A stretch of DNA of 64,000 nt from an uncultured Bacilli bacterium (GCA_934129885.1 CAKOWU010000006.1:12695-76694); one strand, 5' to 3'; shown: positions 8,019 to 17,616, counted from the stretch's first letter. Translations and numbers: made by a program. Notes: generated by a model from the sequence alone, not told the origin.

Positions 8019-10623
8019 ACATAATGAAGAAGCTTATCAAAAATTAATAAGTACTTTAAAAAATAATAAGTATGCTACTATAAATCATGCGACAGGAACA
8101 GGAAAATCATATATAATTTTAAAATATATGGAAGAACATCCAAACGCAAGAATTTTGTATATTGCTCCTACGTATGAAATAATTAATCAATTGATAAATA
8201 GAGATGCTCCTAAGCTGGGAATAGAAAAATTAGATAATGTTGATACTTTGATATATAGAACTTTACTAGATAAAAATATGAGTGATTTGGCTTTGAATTA
8301 TGATGTTTTTATACTTGATGAATATCATAGAGCAGGTGCAAAAAAGACAAATAATAGAATTAAAGAATTAAAAGAAATTATAAATAATGCCGATAAAAAA
8401 ATGATTGGTTTTTCAGCGACACCAACCAGATATTTAGATAATAAAAGAAATATGAAAGAAGAATTGTTTGAAGATGTAGAAGCATCTGAACTTTCAGTAG
8501 CTACTGCTATGGCTAATAATCTTTTGCCAGTGCCACTTTACGTGGTGTCAAAAATGGCTTTAAAGGATGATTATGCTAAGGCTATTCGTAGCGTTGATAG
8601 ATTGTTTCCGTCGTCTAGAAAGCAGAAATTACTTAGAGAATTAAACAGTATTTTTCCGCAAGGTGAGAGTTACAAGAAAACTATTAATAAATATGTAAAA
8701 GAAAATAGCAAAAATATTGTCTTCTGTTCAACTATTGGTGATTTAAATGAGACTATCAAAGAAAGTGAACTATGGTTTGAAGATTATGATAATGTATTTA
8801 GATATGCGATACATTCTGGTAAAACTCATGAGGAAAATATTCGAACTTTAAATGAATTTAATTTGACTAATAATGGATTATCAGTGCTTTTTGTTATAAA
8901 TATTTTAAATGAAGGTATTCATGTTGATTCTGTAGATAATATAATTTTAAATAGAAGGACTACTTCACCTATTATATATTTGCAACAAATTGGAAGAGTA
9001 TTATCGGCAAATCAAGTCAATAGAGATGTAACGATAATTGATTTAGTAAACAATTTTGATGCAACTAAAGAAATTAGGGAATTATTTTTGGATATTGAAG
9101 ATGAAATAAATAAAAAAATGGGTGAAGATTCTTTACAAAAAGAGTTATATCAGGAAAAATTAAACAAATTAAAATCTGCTCACGCAACTGCGGAAACACT
9201 TGAAAGACTTAGAAATATTAGGAATGAAGTAACGAGAGAAACAATCATTGATTCAAAAATAGAAAATTCTATAAATATTTTAGATTGTTATCAAAAGCAA
9301 ATAAAAAAACGTTTAACTATGTATAACATTTTAGATCCGAAAGTAAAAAATGCTTATATTTATATTTATAAGTATGTCAATTATATAACTAATGAACAAT
9401 TTGATCTGCTGAAAGAAATAGATATGGTACTTCCTTTAGAACTTCAAGTAACTTTTGAGGAGAGGAAAGAACAGTTAAAGGGTTATAATAGTATATTTTT
9501 AAGAGATATGGCTGTTTTGAAACAGAATTTTGAAGATGTACTTGTTGCTTTAGATACTCATATACCAGATGCAAATTCAAGCGATGAAGAAGAACGTGCA
9601 CTTGGTAATATTTATATGGATTTATTGGTAAGCAGTAATAAAGATGATTTAAATTTACTTAAGAATAAGGCGATAAAATTTGATTTATCACCAATTGAAA
9701 AAGCTTTATTTAGAATGGAATTATCAAATGAAGAAATTGAAAAATTGATAATTAGTGCTTATGATTCTTATAAAGGTGATTCGGTGTCAGAACAAATTAA
9801 AAAGGCTTTATCTAGTGTTTATGGTGAAAATAAAAAGTACGATGAATTGATTATAAAACTTTTAAATTTAATTGAAAAAAGAGAAAATCAGCAAATAGAA
9901 AAAATAAATAAAAATTTAAAATTGATTAGATTATTAAATCAAATAACTGAAGATAAAGATGATTATGAAGATGATTACTACTTTATGGAAGATTTTGAAA
10001 AATTATCTATGAAGGAGCAAATGGAAGTTAATAAAAAAATAGAATTTGCAAGGCATCGTAAATATTATAAGATGATGAAGCAATTAAATAGTACTTATAG
10101 TATTAGTGAGTATATGGATATTTATAGTAAGTTAGATGAAGATAATATTGACTACTATAGAGAAGTGATTGCTGAGTGTAAAAATTTAAATAATCTTCTT
10201 AAAGATTACGTAAAAAATGATGGTGATTTAAAAGAAGAAGTATTAGACGAAATTAGCCAAATGCTACAAAAAAGAGGAATGATTTTGGATGATATTAAGA
10301 AGACTATGCAGAAAAATAAAACAAAATTTTATTCAAAATTATTGGAAGAAGATATTCAATTAGAAAAAAAAGATTTTCTTTGTTTATATACTAGATTTAT
10401 AAAAGTCCATGAAAGGAAGCCGTTGCAGGAAATAGAAGAGGAGGCAACTCTTTATGAACAATATTGGGATTATCTAAATATATTTTCAAAGGGGGAAATA
10501 GATTGTATATTGAAAAAAGTAAATACTAATAAGGTACTTGATAATACTTTAAAAATGCGTCGCAAATATTATAGTAAGCAACTGAACGTAAGGTTTCAAA
10601 ATAACGGGAGGCAGGTAAAATGA
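7999..10623 (+). CDS. Superfamily-2 (ResIII/DEAH-like) helicase with a C-terminal extension of about 500 aa
   Basis: Motif I 'HATGTGKS', motif II 'DEYH', motif III 'SATP', motif VI 'QQIGRVLS'. The start overlaps the sigma gene by 20 nt. Confidence 0.85.
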   Translation: MAVALYKHNEEAYQKLISTLKNNKYATINHATGTGKSYIILKYMEEHPNARILYIAPTYEIINQLINRDAPKLGIEKLDNVDTLIYRTLLDKNMSDLALNYDVFILDEYHRAGAKKTNNRIKELKEIINNADKKMIGFSATPTRYLDNKRNMKEELFEDVEASELSVATAMANNLLPVPLYVVSKMALKDDYAKAIRSVDRLFPSSRKQKLLRELNSIFPQGESYKKTINKYVKENSKNIVFCSTIGDLNETIKESELWFEDYDNVFRYAIHSGKTHEENIRTLNEFNLTNNGLSVLFVINILNEGIHVDSVDNIILNRRTTSPIIYLQQIGRVLSANQVNRDVTIIDLVNNFDATKEIRELFLDIEDEINKKMGEDSLQKELYQEKLNKLKSAHATAETLERLRNIRNEVTRETIIDSKIENSINILDCYQKQIKKRLTMYNILDPKVKNAYIYIYKYVNYITNEQFDLLKEIDMVLPLELQVTFEERKEQLKGYNSIFLRDMAVLKQNFEDVLVALDTHIPDANSSDEEERALGNIYMDLLVSSNKDDLNLLKNKAIKFDLSPIEKALFRMELSNEEIEKLIISAYDSYKGDSVSEQIKKALSSVYGENKKYDELIIKLLNLIEKRENQQIEKINKNLKLIRLLNQITEDKDDYEDDYYFMEDFEKLSMKEQMEVNKKIEFARHRKYYKMMKQLNSTYSISEYMDIYSKLDEDNIDYYREVIAECKNLNNLLKDYVKNDGDLKEEVLDEISQMLQKRGMILDDIKKTMQKNKTKFYSKLLEEDIQLEKKDFLCLYTRFIKVHERKPLQEIEEEATLYEQYWDYLNIFSKGEIDCILKKVNTNKVLDNTLKMRRKYYSKQLNVRFQNNGRQVK

Positions 10624-12608
10624 ACTTTGAAGAATATTTAAAATTAGCAATAGAGGATGAAAATATTAATTTAATTGGAATATTGGTGGAAAAATATAGA
10701 ACGGAAGGGATTGAAGCCGTAGAAAGTCTTTTGTCTAGCTATAATCCAGAAAATAAAGATAAAAGTCAATTTTTTACTCCTCTGGTGGAAAAATGTCAAG
10801 AATTGATGGAAACCGCTAATGAAGAAGAAAAGAATATATATGAGGCAATAATAGATTTTTGTCAGGCACAGCCTAAAGATGAATATGATTTTTTAAATGG
10901 AGGTAGTAGTAAATTTAAAGTTTTTTTTGCAGGTAAGTCTTTAGAATGCTGGAAAAACCTGGATCCTGCTTATCGAGTAAAATTTTTAGATTGTATTGAA
11001 AATTATCTTTCCTCTGAACATGATGAAATTGCATTAGTTGATGTTAAAACTTTGTATTCTTTCAATAGTGGAATAACTGTTAGAAGACGAAAGTATGCTA
11101 GATTTAATCGTATAATTTTTTATCGTGTTCCAGCTGATAGATGTGTAGTAATACTTGGAATGTTTAAAAGAACTGGTAATGCATTAGATTATTCTAAATT
11201 TATTCCAGTTGATAAAAAACTAGATTCTATTGAAGAGTCACGAAAAGCTTTTTTGAATGGAACTTTAAGTTTGGATAATGAACACTATAGCGTTGTAAAA
11301 GAAATAAAGAAATTTTTGTTTAGAGTAAATAAAAATGAGTATCCAACATCATTGGAAATAAAAGATATTTTGCCTGAAACTACGCTTTCTACTGGTGACG
11401 ATTCAATAACTGATGTATCAGCGTTGACAAAGTTAGATGATGAGGTAATTGAAGATGGTGTGAAAATTGCAGAATCTAGTGAAAACACAGTGGTTGAAAC
11501 TGGTATGAAAGTGTTATCTAGTGAAGAAGATATACCTAAGTCTAAAGTGAGAAAAAGCAAGAGAAATAACAGAACTGGAATACCTGATGTTATGTGGCTT
11601 AGTAGGTTTGATGTTGCCAAAGTCTTTTATGATAAATATGGTCATTTGAATTTTGATGAGGTCACTGAATGTGCTGAACTTGGATATTTGAATATGAAGA
11701 TGTGGTTAGACGAACAGAAAAAGTTATTTCAAAGAGGACTTCTTTCGAAGCAGCAATGTGAAAAATTAAAAGAAATTGGTATTTCTTTTGAAACACCTTC
11801 TAAAGAAGATGAAAAAATTGAGGTCTTGACTCTTGAAGTTACGGAAGAAGATGCAAAAAGTGAAAAGTCTCCTGCTATTGTACTTCCAAACGATTCTTTC
11901 TTTGATGAGAGGTCAGTAATAAATGCTATAAATGATATTACTTTAGTAGAACCTTTAAGGTTACTTTCTGTGGAAGAACTTAATAGTTTAGATGAAGGTT
12001 TTATAGATGATTTTACTATAGTATATAATTATAAAAAAGAAACTGGTACAATTGATATCCATGATAAAAATTTTAATATTGGTGAAAATGCTGGTAAAGT
12101 AAATAATATTATTAAAAAATGGAATAAGAAGAAAAATAAGTTTAATGAAGTAAAAAGAAAATTAATTGATGAATTGTGTATGTCTTTAAAAGAAGAAGAA
12201 TTAGCCAAGTCTGTTGTTCTTGCCGAAGAATCAACGGATGGGGATTTTAGTTTGGTATTACAATCTTTTGATGATGTTAGGGGGGCGATTCTTGGAGAAA
12301 CCGAAGAAGAATCAACTCAGTCATTGGAAACTTTGGGAAATGAATTTATAAGTGATTGTGATGATTATCATATTCTAGCTAAAAAAATGAATATTTTAAC
12401 TTTTATTAATAATATGTCTGATGATAAAATTAAACAAATAAATGCAGTATTAAATTGTGATTTTAGCGATGATTATTCACCAAAGGAAACTTTGTTAATG
12501 CTTATTAATAATGTGTCTGATGAACATTTGGATCAAGTGCTAAAAATATTGGATAATGTTTATAGTAACGACGTGCCAACTGTCCATGATGGAAAATCAA
12601 TTAGTTAA
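10620..12608 (+). CDS. Multidomain protein: RelE/HigB (Gp49)-like core, helicase-associated (HA) domain and an acidic C-terminal region
   Basis: ATGA start/stop overlap with the helicase. 'RRRKYARFNRIIFYRVPADRCVVILGMFKRTG' is RelE/HigB-like. 'WLSRFDVAKVFYDKYGHLNFDE...LGYLNMKMWLDEQKKLFQRGLLSKQQCEKLKEIGISF' is an HA domain. Confidence 0.8.
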   Translation: MNFEEYLKLAIEDENINLIGILVEKYRTEGIEAVESLLSSYNPENKDKSQFFTPLVEKCQELMETANEEEKNIYEAIIDFCQAQPKDEYDFLNGGSSKFKVFFAGKSLECWKNLDPAYRVKFLDCIENYLSSEHDEIALVDVKTLYSFNSGITVRRRKYARFNRIIFYRVPADRCVVILGMFKRTGNALDYSKFIPVDKKLDSIEESRKAFLNGTLSLDNEHYSVVKEIKKFLFRVNKNEYPTSLEIKDILPETTLSTGDDSITDVSALTKLDDEVIEDGVKIAESSENTVVETGMKVLSSEEDIPKSKVRKSKRNNRTGIPDVMWLSRFDVAKVFYDKYGHLNFDEVTECAELGYLNMKMWLDEQKKLFQRGLLSKQQCEKLKEIGISFETPSKEDEKIEVLTLEVTEEDAKSEKSPAIVLPNDSFFDERSVINAINDITLVEPLRLLSVEELNSLDEGFIDDFTIVYNYKKETGTIDIHDKNFNIGENAGKVNNIIKKWNKKKNKFNEVKRKLIDELCMSLKEEELAKSVVLAEESTDGDFSLVLQSFDDVRGAILGETEEESTQSLETLGNEFISDCDDYHILAKKMNILTFINNMSDDKIKQINAVLNCDFSDDYSPKETLLMLINNVSDEHLDQVLKILDNVYSNDVPTVHDGKSIS

Positions 12609-12679
12609 GCTGGGTAGTGTGTCTTGATAAACATTGTGTTGTTGGTTTTTCTTACCAATACTAAATATTGTAGAATTCT

Positions 12680-12818
12680 AAAATACTCTATAAAGATGAA
12701 ACTTTATAGAGTATTTTTACATTTGTTTACATTTAAATACAAAATGTGATTATTTTTACAATAAGTTACTTATTGGTCAACTTTTTATTTATTTGTGTGG
12801 TTAAATAAATTTTATTTT
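12680..12818. repeat. Right copy of the imperfect direct repeat of about 140 bp (partner at 3964-4103)
   Basis: See the left copy. It ends at the stop codon region of cotJC. Confidence 0.85.
12682..12718. terminator. Bidirectional rho-independent terminator (island operon / cotJC)
   Basis: Same 14-bp stem as at 3966-4003 with a different loop ('atgaaa'). A-run on one side and T-run on the other. Confidence 0.8.
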
Positions 12819-13384
12819 TTAGTTCCTTTGATTTTAGCGTCTAGATAGTAGTCTCTTAATTCTTTAAACCTTTGATAGTGAACGATTTCTCTTTCTCTTA
12901 AGAATGCTAGTGGTGCTAGTACGTCTGGGTCATTTGTTAGATCCATTAGGTGTTCGTAGGTGGCTCTGGCTCTTTGTTCAGCTCCCATATTACTTTCTAG
13001 ATCGGCAATGTAGTCGCCTGCTACTTTGATATAGGACATGCTAAATGGATTACCGAAGGTGTCAGATGGGAATAGGTCTTTACCGAACTGTGCGTAGTTG
13101 GTGTCTAAACCTGCAGCTTTTATTTCTTCTAGGCTTGCGTCTTTGGTTAGTTGGTAAAGCATTGTACTGATGATTTCGACGTGAGCTAATTCTTCGGTAC
13201 CAATGTCAGTTAGTAAGGCTTTACCTCTATCATCTGGCATACTGTATCTTTGATCTAGGTATTGCCAAGCGGCCGCTAATTCGCCGGCGGGACCGCCATA
13301 TTGAGCAATTATATATTTGGCAAGTTTTAAATCTTTATTTTTAATATTTACAGGATACTGTAATTTTTTTTCATATTTCCACAT
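12812..13384 (-). CDS. cotJC: Spore coat protein CotJC (manganese catalase family)
   Basis: 'GGPAGELAAAWQYLDQRY', 'GTEELAHVEIISTML', 'REREIVHYQRF'. Immediately downstream of a CotJB-like gene. Confidence 0.9.
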   Translation of the reverse strand: MWKYEKKLQYPVNIKNKDLKLAKYIIAQYGGPAGELAAAWQYLDQRYSMPDDRGKALLTDIGTEELAHVEIISTMLYQLTKDASLEEIKAAGLDTNYAQFGKDLFPSDTFGNPFSMSYIKVAGDYIADLESNMGAEQRARATYEHLMDLTNDPDVLAPLAFLREREIVHYQRFKELRDYYLDAKIKGTKK

Positions 13385-13395
13385 AATGGTACCCC

Positions 13396-14061
13396 CTATT
13401 CATTTTCCCATGGCCATGGTGATTCATTCCAAGACCAAGGTGTCCTTTCTGCACTATTTACATATATTGGTCCATATTCTTTTTCATAATCTTTTGTGAT
13501 TTTATCTAATTCTTTAGTAAATGTTTTGAATAGATTTAACATATTTGTATCGTTTGGATGTGTATCTAAATATAGATTTAAATCATGAGTTGCGAAAGAA
13601 TAAGCATATATATATGTAAGCATTTCTGCCTGTTTGTTTATTGGTTTTACCTCGTAAGGCTTTGATATTTTATATGAATTATATAAGTCTTTAAACATAT
13701 TACCGCTGATGAAACCGGTATATACTTCGTATAGATCATTTGGATTTACGTTTTGGATGTAGTTTGGTTTATTAAAGTTCATGTTATTACCTGCTTCTTT
13801 ATTTAATTTGTTTATAAGTTCGTTATTTGGTGTTCCTTGAACATTTAGATTTGAATTTATATTATAATTTTGGTTATTAGTGTATATTCCGTTTGTGGCG
13901 TATTTTTGATTACTCGCATAAGTTCCGCTTTTGGTGTAGTTATAGTTGTTGTTTGGCATGTTTTGCCCAGTTATGGTTTTATTCCAATTATAGTTTGGAT
14001 ACATTTCGGTATTGTAATTTGAATTATTTGGAATATAATTCATATTGTTATAGTTATACAT
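13396..14061 (-). CDS. cotJB: CotJB-domain spore coat protein with a CotJA-like motif and an N/Y-rich N-terminal extension
   Basis: C-terminal 'FATHDLNLYLDTHPNDTNMLNLF...YEKEYGP' (CotJB). Strong RBS 'gaggagggtaattaaATG'. Confidence 0.8.
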   Translation of the reverse strand: MYNYNNMNYIPNNSNYNTEMYPNYNWNKTITGQNMPNNNYNYTKSGTYASNQKYATNGIYTNNQNYNINSNLNVQGTPNNELINKLNKEAGNNMNFNKPNYIQNVNPNDLYEVYTGFISGNMFKDLYNSYKISKPYEVKPINKQAEMLTYIYAYSFATHDLNLYLDTHPNDTNMLNLFKTFTKELDKITKDYEKEYGPIYVNSAERTPWSWNESPWPWENE

Positions 14062-14210
14062 TTAATTACCCTCCTCAATTTTATGGTATGATTACCTAGC
14101 GTCTGTGAACGGGCTAAAGACTAGAAATAGGTGTTTTTTGTTGATTACTTGAAAAAAGGCCTTTTGAGTGTTGCTATTTCGGAAAATATGATGTAGTATA
14201 ACGTGTGGTG

Positions 14211-17200
14211 ATGTTGGTGAGTAAGTTTTACAATGAATTGGCGAGGAAATTAGGTCCTACATCGTTTACTAGAGGTGTTAGTTATAATGCGTCTAAGGTA
14301 CATTTAACTCGCTCGGAGTTTAATGATGAATATAAAAAGAGTTTTTTTGATGTACAGTCAGAGAACAGCGATGAAGCTTATAAAGTAGTAATTTTGACTG
14401 ATACTGAAGATGAAGAAATTTTGAACTATTCTTGTAGTTGCCCATGGTTCGCTCAGGTTCATACTTGTAAGCATGTCGTGGCGTGTGCGATTAAGTATGA
14501 AGATTTTATATTTGATGATGAAGAAGGAGCAACTCAAATTGATGAGAAACATAAGTTGCAAGTATCAAGGTCTATTATTAACACTTTATTTAAACCTAGA
14601 AATAAGAATATCAGGAAGAAACTTAAACTTGAGATAATACTTGCGGAAACCAACACTTGGTATGATGATAGATTATATGCACAATTTAAAATAGGTGAAG
14701 AAAAGACTTATGTACTTTCAAATAAGTATAATCGTTTTATTTCGGCGTATGAAAAAGGTGAGCCTTTTAAGATGACTGCAAAATTCACTTATGATCCGGC
14801 GGTACATTATTTTAGTGATGAAGATAAAAATATTTTAGATTTTGTCGCTGGTAATTATCAAACACTTAGTAATAGTGATGGATTATTTATTATGCCTAGG
14901 CAATTGGATTTTTTTATGAACTTTCTAAAGAAAAAGAGATTTCGTATTAAGGATGGTCCTACTTTTCAAGGCTTTTTGGAAGAAAATCCTTTTGATACGG
15001 AACTATCACGTGCGGGCGATACTTATACTTTGAAGATTGTTAACCAAGATAGTTATAGTTCACTTTGTTCTTCTAGATATATTTATGATAGTAAGAATAT
15101 GTATAAACTTTCGGATGATATAGCTGTGATGTATTTTAATTTATTAAGATTTGGAATGGATAGTCTTGTTTTTGAAAAAAAGGATCTTAATAATTTTACA
15201 CAAGGGGTTTTACCTTTAGTTAAGGATAAAGTTGTGGTAGATGAAAGTGCTGGTGAGATTAAGATTAGTTTAAAGCCAAGGGGTCAGTTATATTTTGATT
15301 TTTATCATAATGCAATTGAGTGTAAAGTTAAGTTAATATATGGCGAAAAGGCGATCAATTTATTTGATAAAGTTGATAATATTTTAAGAGATGACGAGTA
15401 CGAAAGTAGTATAATCATGAAATTACATGAACTTGGCTTTGAAGAAAATAAGAAGAAGTTTATTCTTGATGATATTGATTTAATGGGTGAATTTTTAGAT
15501 GAGGGACTTGATAAGCTTACTGATAAATATGAGATTTTTACTTCTAAAAAGATAAAAGATAGTAAGATTATGAAGAATATAAATGGTAATGCGAATTTTT
15601 CTATTGGTCAAGATAATATTATGAAGTATGATTTTTCTTTGGATGGTGTTTCTACGTCGGAACTTTCGTCTATTATGGACAGTATGCATATGAAGAAAAA
15701 ATATCACAGGCTTAAGAATGGTGATTTGATTGATTTACGTCATAATGATGCTTTAGAGAATATTGATAAGTTAGCGGCCGATATGGACTTATCAGAAAAG
15801 GAACTTCTAGGTGGCGAAATTCCAAAATATAGAGCTATATATTATGATAGTTTGAAGAACAGGTATGGTAATATTATTAGGACTAATAATTTATTTGATG
15901 ATCTCGTTACGAATTTTAAGAAGTATAAAGATGCTGAAATTAATCTTTCTAAAGAGGAAATGGCTGTTCTTCGTGATTATCAAAAAACTGGTGTTAAGTG
16001 GTTATATAATATTTATAAAACTGGTTTTGGCGGAATTTTAGCGGATGAAATGGGTCTTGGTAAGTCTATTCAACTTATTTATTTAATTAAGTTATTAGTA
16101 AGGGAAAAGGCTGATGCGAAAATATTAATTGTGGCACCGACATCTCTTGTTTACAATTGGAAGAAAGAGTTTGATAAGTTTGGCTCTGATATTAAGTATG
16201 GTGTTTTCGCCGAAGGAAGGGCTGAAAGGCGAGCTTTACTTAATGATTCTGATGATATTAATGTATATATTACTACTTATGGTCTTGTTAGGAATGATTT
16301 GGATGAGTATAATAATATTAATTTTGATTTGGTTGCTATTGACGAGGCCCAGAATATTAAAAATGCTTCTACTTTGGTTACTAAGGCTGTTAAGAGTTTG
16401 AATGCAAGGGTTAAGATTGCACTTACTGGTACGCCACTTGAGAATTCGGTCATGGAACTTTGGAGTATTTTTGATTTTATTATGCCTGGTTATTTAGCAA
16501 ATAGTAAGAAGTTTAAGAGTTTATATAATATAGGTGATGTTGATGATGAGTCACTTAAGAAGTTAAATAATCTTAATTTACAGATTAATAATTTTATATT
16601 AAGACGTAGAAAGAGCGATGTAGCGAAGGATTTACCTGATAAGATCTATAATAATATATATGTTGATTTTGGTGCGGAACAGAGGAAACTTTATATGGCA
16701 CAGGTGCAGAAGACTAAAGAAGAAATGCAGGAGATGATGGCTACTGAAGGGTTTATTAAGGCGAGGTTTAAGATTTTACAACTTTTAACTAAACTTAGGG
16801 AGATATGTATTGATCCTTCTATGGTGTTTGATAATTATAAGGGTGATAGAGTCAAGATTGATGAACTTATTAGGCTTGTTTTAGAGACGAAGGCTAATGG
16901 ACACAAGATGCTCGTTTTTACTTCTTATAAGACGGCACTTGATATTGTACTTAAGGAATTTGAAAAAAATGGCATAACAGCTTATTCGATAGATGGTAGC
17001 ACACCTTCTAAAAAGCGTATGGAGCTAGTGGAGAAGTTTAATAATGATAATACTGATGTGTTTATTATTACGCTTAAGGCTGGTGGTACGGGACTTAATT
17101 TGACATCTGCAAATGTTGTTATTCATTTGGATTTATGGTGGAACCCACAGGTTGAGAATCAGGCTACCGACAGGGCACACAGAATTGGTCAAAAAGAGAC

Positions 17201-17393
17201 TGTTTCGGTTATTAGGCTTATTGTAAATGGCACAATTGAGGAGAGAATTCTTGAGTTACAGGAAAAGAAACGCAAACTTGCTGATGTGCTAATCGAAGGT
17301 GATACTAGGTCTTTGAATAATCTTTCTAATTTGTCTGAAGAAGACATACAAATGTTGCTTTCTATGGACAATGATGAGGGTGTTAGAAAATAA
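14211..17393 (+). CDS. SWIM zinc-finger SNF2-family helicase (YwqA/RapA-like)
   Basis: SWIM 'CSCPWFAQVHTCKHVVA'. SNF2 motifs 'LADEMGLGKSIQ', 'DEAQNIKN', 'TGTPLEN', 'QATDRAHRIGQ'. Confidence 0.93.
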   Translation: MLVSKFYNELARKLGPTSFTRGVSYNASKVHLTRSEFNDEYKKSFFDVQSENSDEAYKVVILTDTEDEEILNYSCSCPWFAQVHTCKHVVACAIKYEDFIFDDEEGATQIDEKHKLQVSRSIINTLFKPRNKNIRKKLKLEIILAETNTWYDDRLYAQFKIGEEKTYVLSNKYNRFISAYEKGEPFKMTAKFTYDPAVHYFSDEDKNILDFVAGNYQTLSNSDGLFIMPRQLDFFMNFLKKKRFRIKDGPTFQGFLEENPFDTELSRAGDTYTLKIVNQDSYSSLCSSRYIYDSKNMYKLSDDIAVMYFNLLRFGMDSLVFEKKDLNNFTQGVLPLVKDKVVVDESAGEIKISLKPRGQLYFDFYHNAIECKVKLIYGEKAINLFDKVDNILRDDEYESSIIMKLHELGFEENKKKFILDDIDLMGEFLDEGLDKLTDKYEIFTSKKIKDSKIMKNINGNANFSIGQDNIMKYDFSLDGVSTSELSSIMDSMHMKKKYHRLKNGDLIDLRHNDALENIDKLAADMDLSEKELLGGEIPKYRAIYYDSLKNRYGNIIRTNNLFDDLVTNFKKYKDAEINLSKEEMAVLRDYQKTGVKWLYNIYKTGFGGILADEMGLGKSIQLIYLIKLLVREKADAKILIVAPTSLVYNWKKEFDKFGSDIKYGVFAEGRAERRALLNDSDDINVYITTYGLVRNDLDEYNNINFDLVAIDEAQNIKNASTLVTKAVKSLNARVKIALTGTPLENSVMELWSIFDFIMPGYLANSKKFKSLYNIGDVDDESLKKLNNLNLQINNFILRRRKSDVAKDLPDKIYNNIYVDFGAEQRKLYMAQVQKTKEEMQEMMATEGFIKARFKILQLLTKLREICIDPSMVFDNYKGDRVKIDELIRLVLETKANGHKMLVFTSYKTALDIVLKEFEKNGITAYSIDGSTPSKKRMELVEKFNNDNTDVFIITLKAGGTGLNLTSANVVIHLDLWWNPQVENQATDRAHRIGQKETVSVIRLIVNGTIEERILELQEKKRKLADVLIEGDTRSLNNLSNLSEEDIQMLLSMDNDEGVRK

Positions 17394-17473
17394 ATTTTCA
17401 AAAAAATGAAATAAAATGACAAAATAACTTGTCAAAAGACGTAATTATTGATAGAATAATTATGTTCTTGTAT

Positions 17474-17550
17474 GGCGGAATTGGTGAAGTGGTTAACACG
17501 ACGGATTGTGGTTCCGTTACGCATCGGTTCGATTCCGATATTCCGCCCCA
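17474..17550 (+). tRNA. tRNA-His: tRNA-His (GUG) with the extra 5' G and encoded CCA
   Basis: 77-nt cloverleaf. Anticodon loop 'TTGTGGT', T-arm 'GGTTCGATTCC', 3' CCA. Confidence 0.95.
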
Positions 17551-17590
17551 GAATGTAAAATCGTCGCACCAATTGCGACTTTATGATTAA

Positions 17591-17616
17591 ATCAACTGAA
17601 AAAAGTTGATTTTTTT
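17591..17616 (+). terminator. Terminator downstream of tRNA-His
   Basis: 'atcaact gaaaaa agttgat' followed by T6. A weaker hairpin, 'gtcgca ccaat tgcgac', lies just upstream. Confidence 0.7.

Noticed and set aside
4100-12680. Interpreting the island as a prophage.
   Set aside because: No capsid, terminase, portal, tail, lysis or integrase genes are recognisable. There are only five or six genes.
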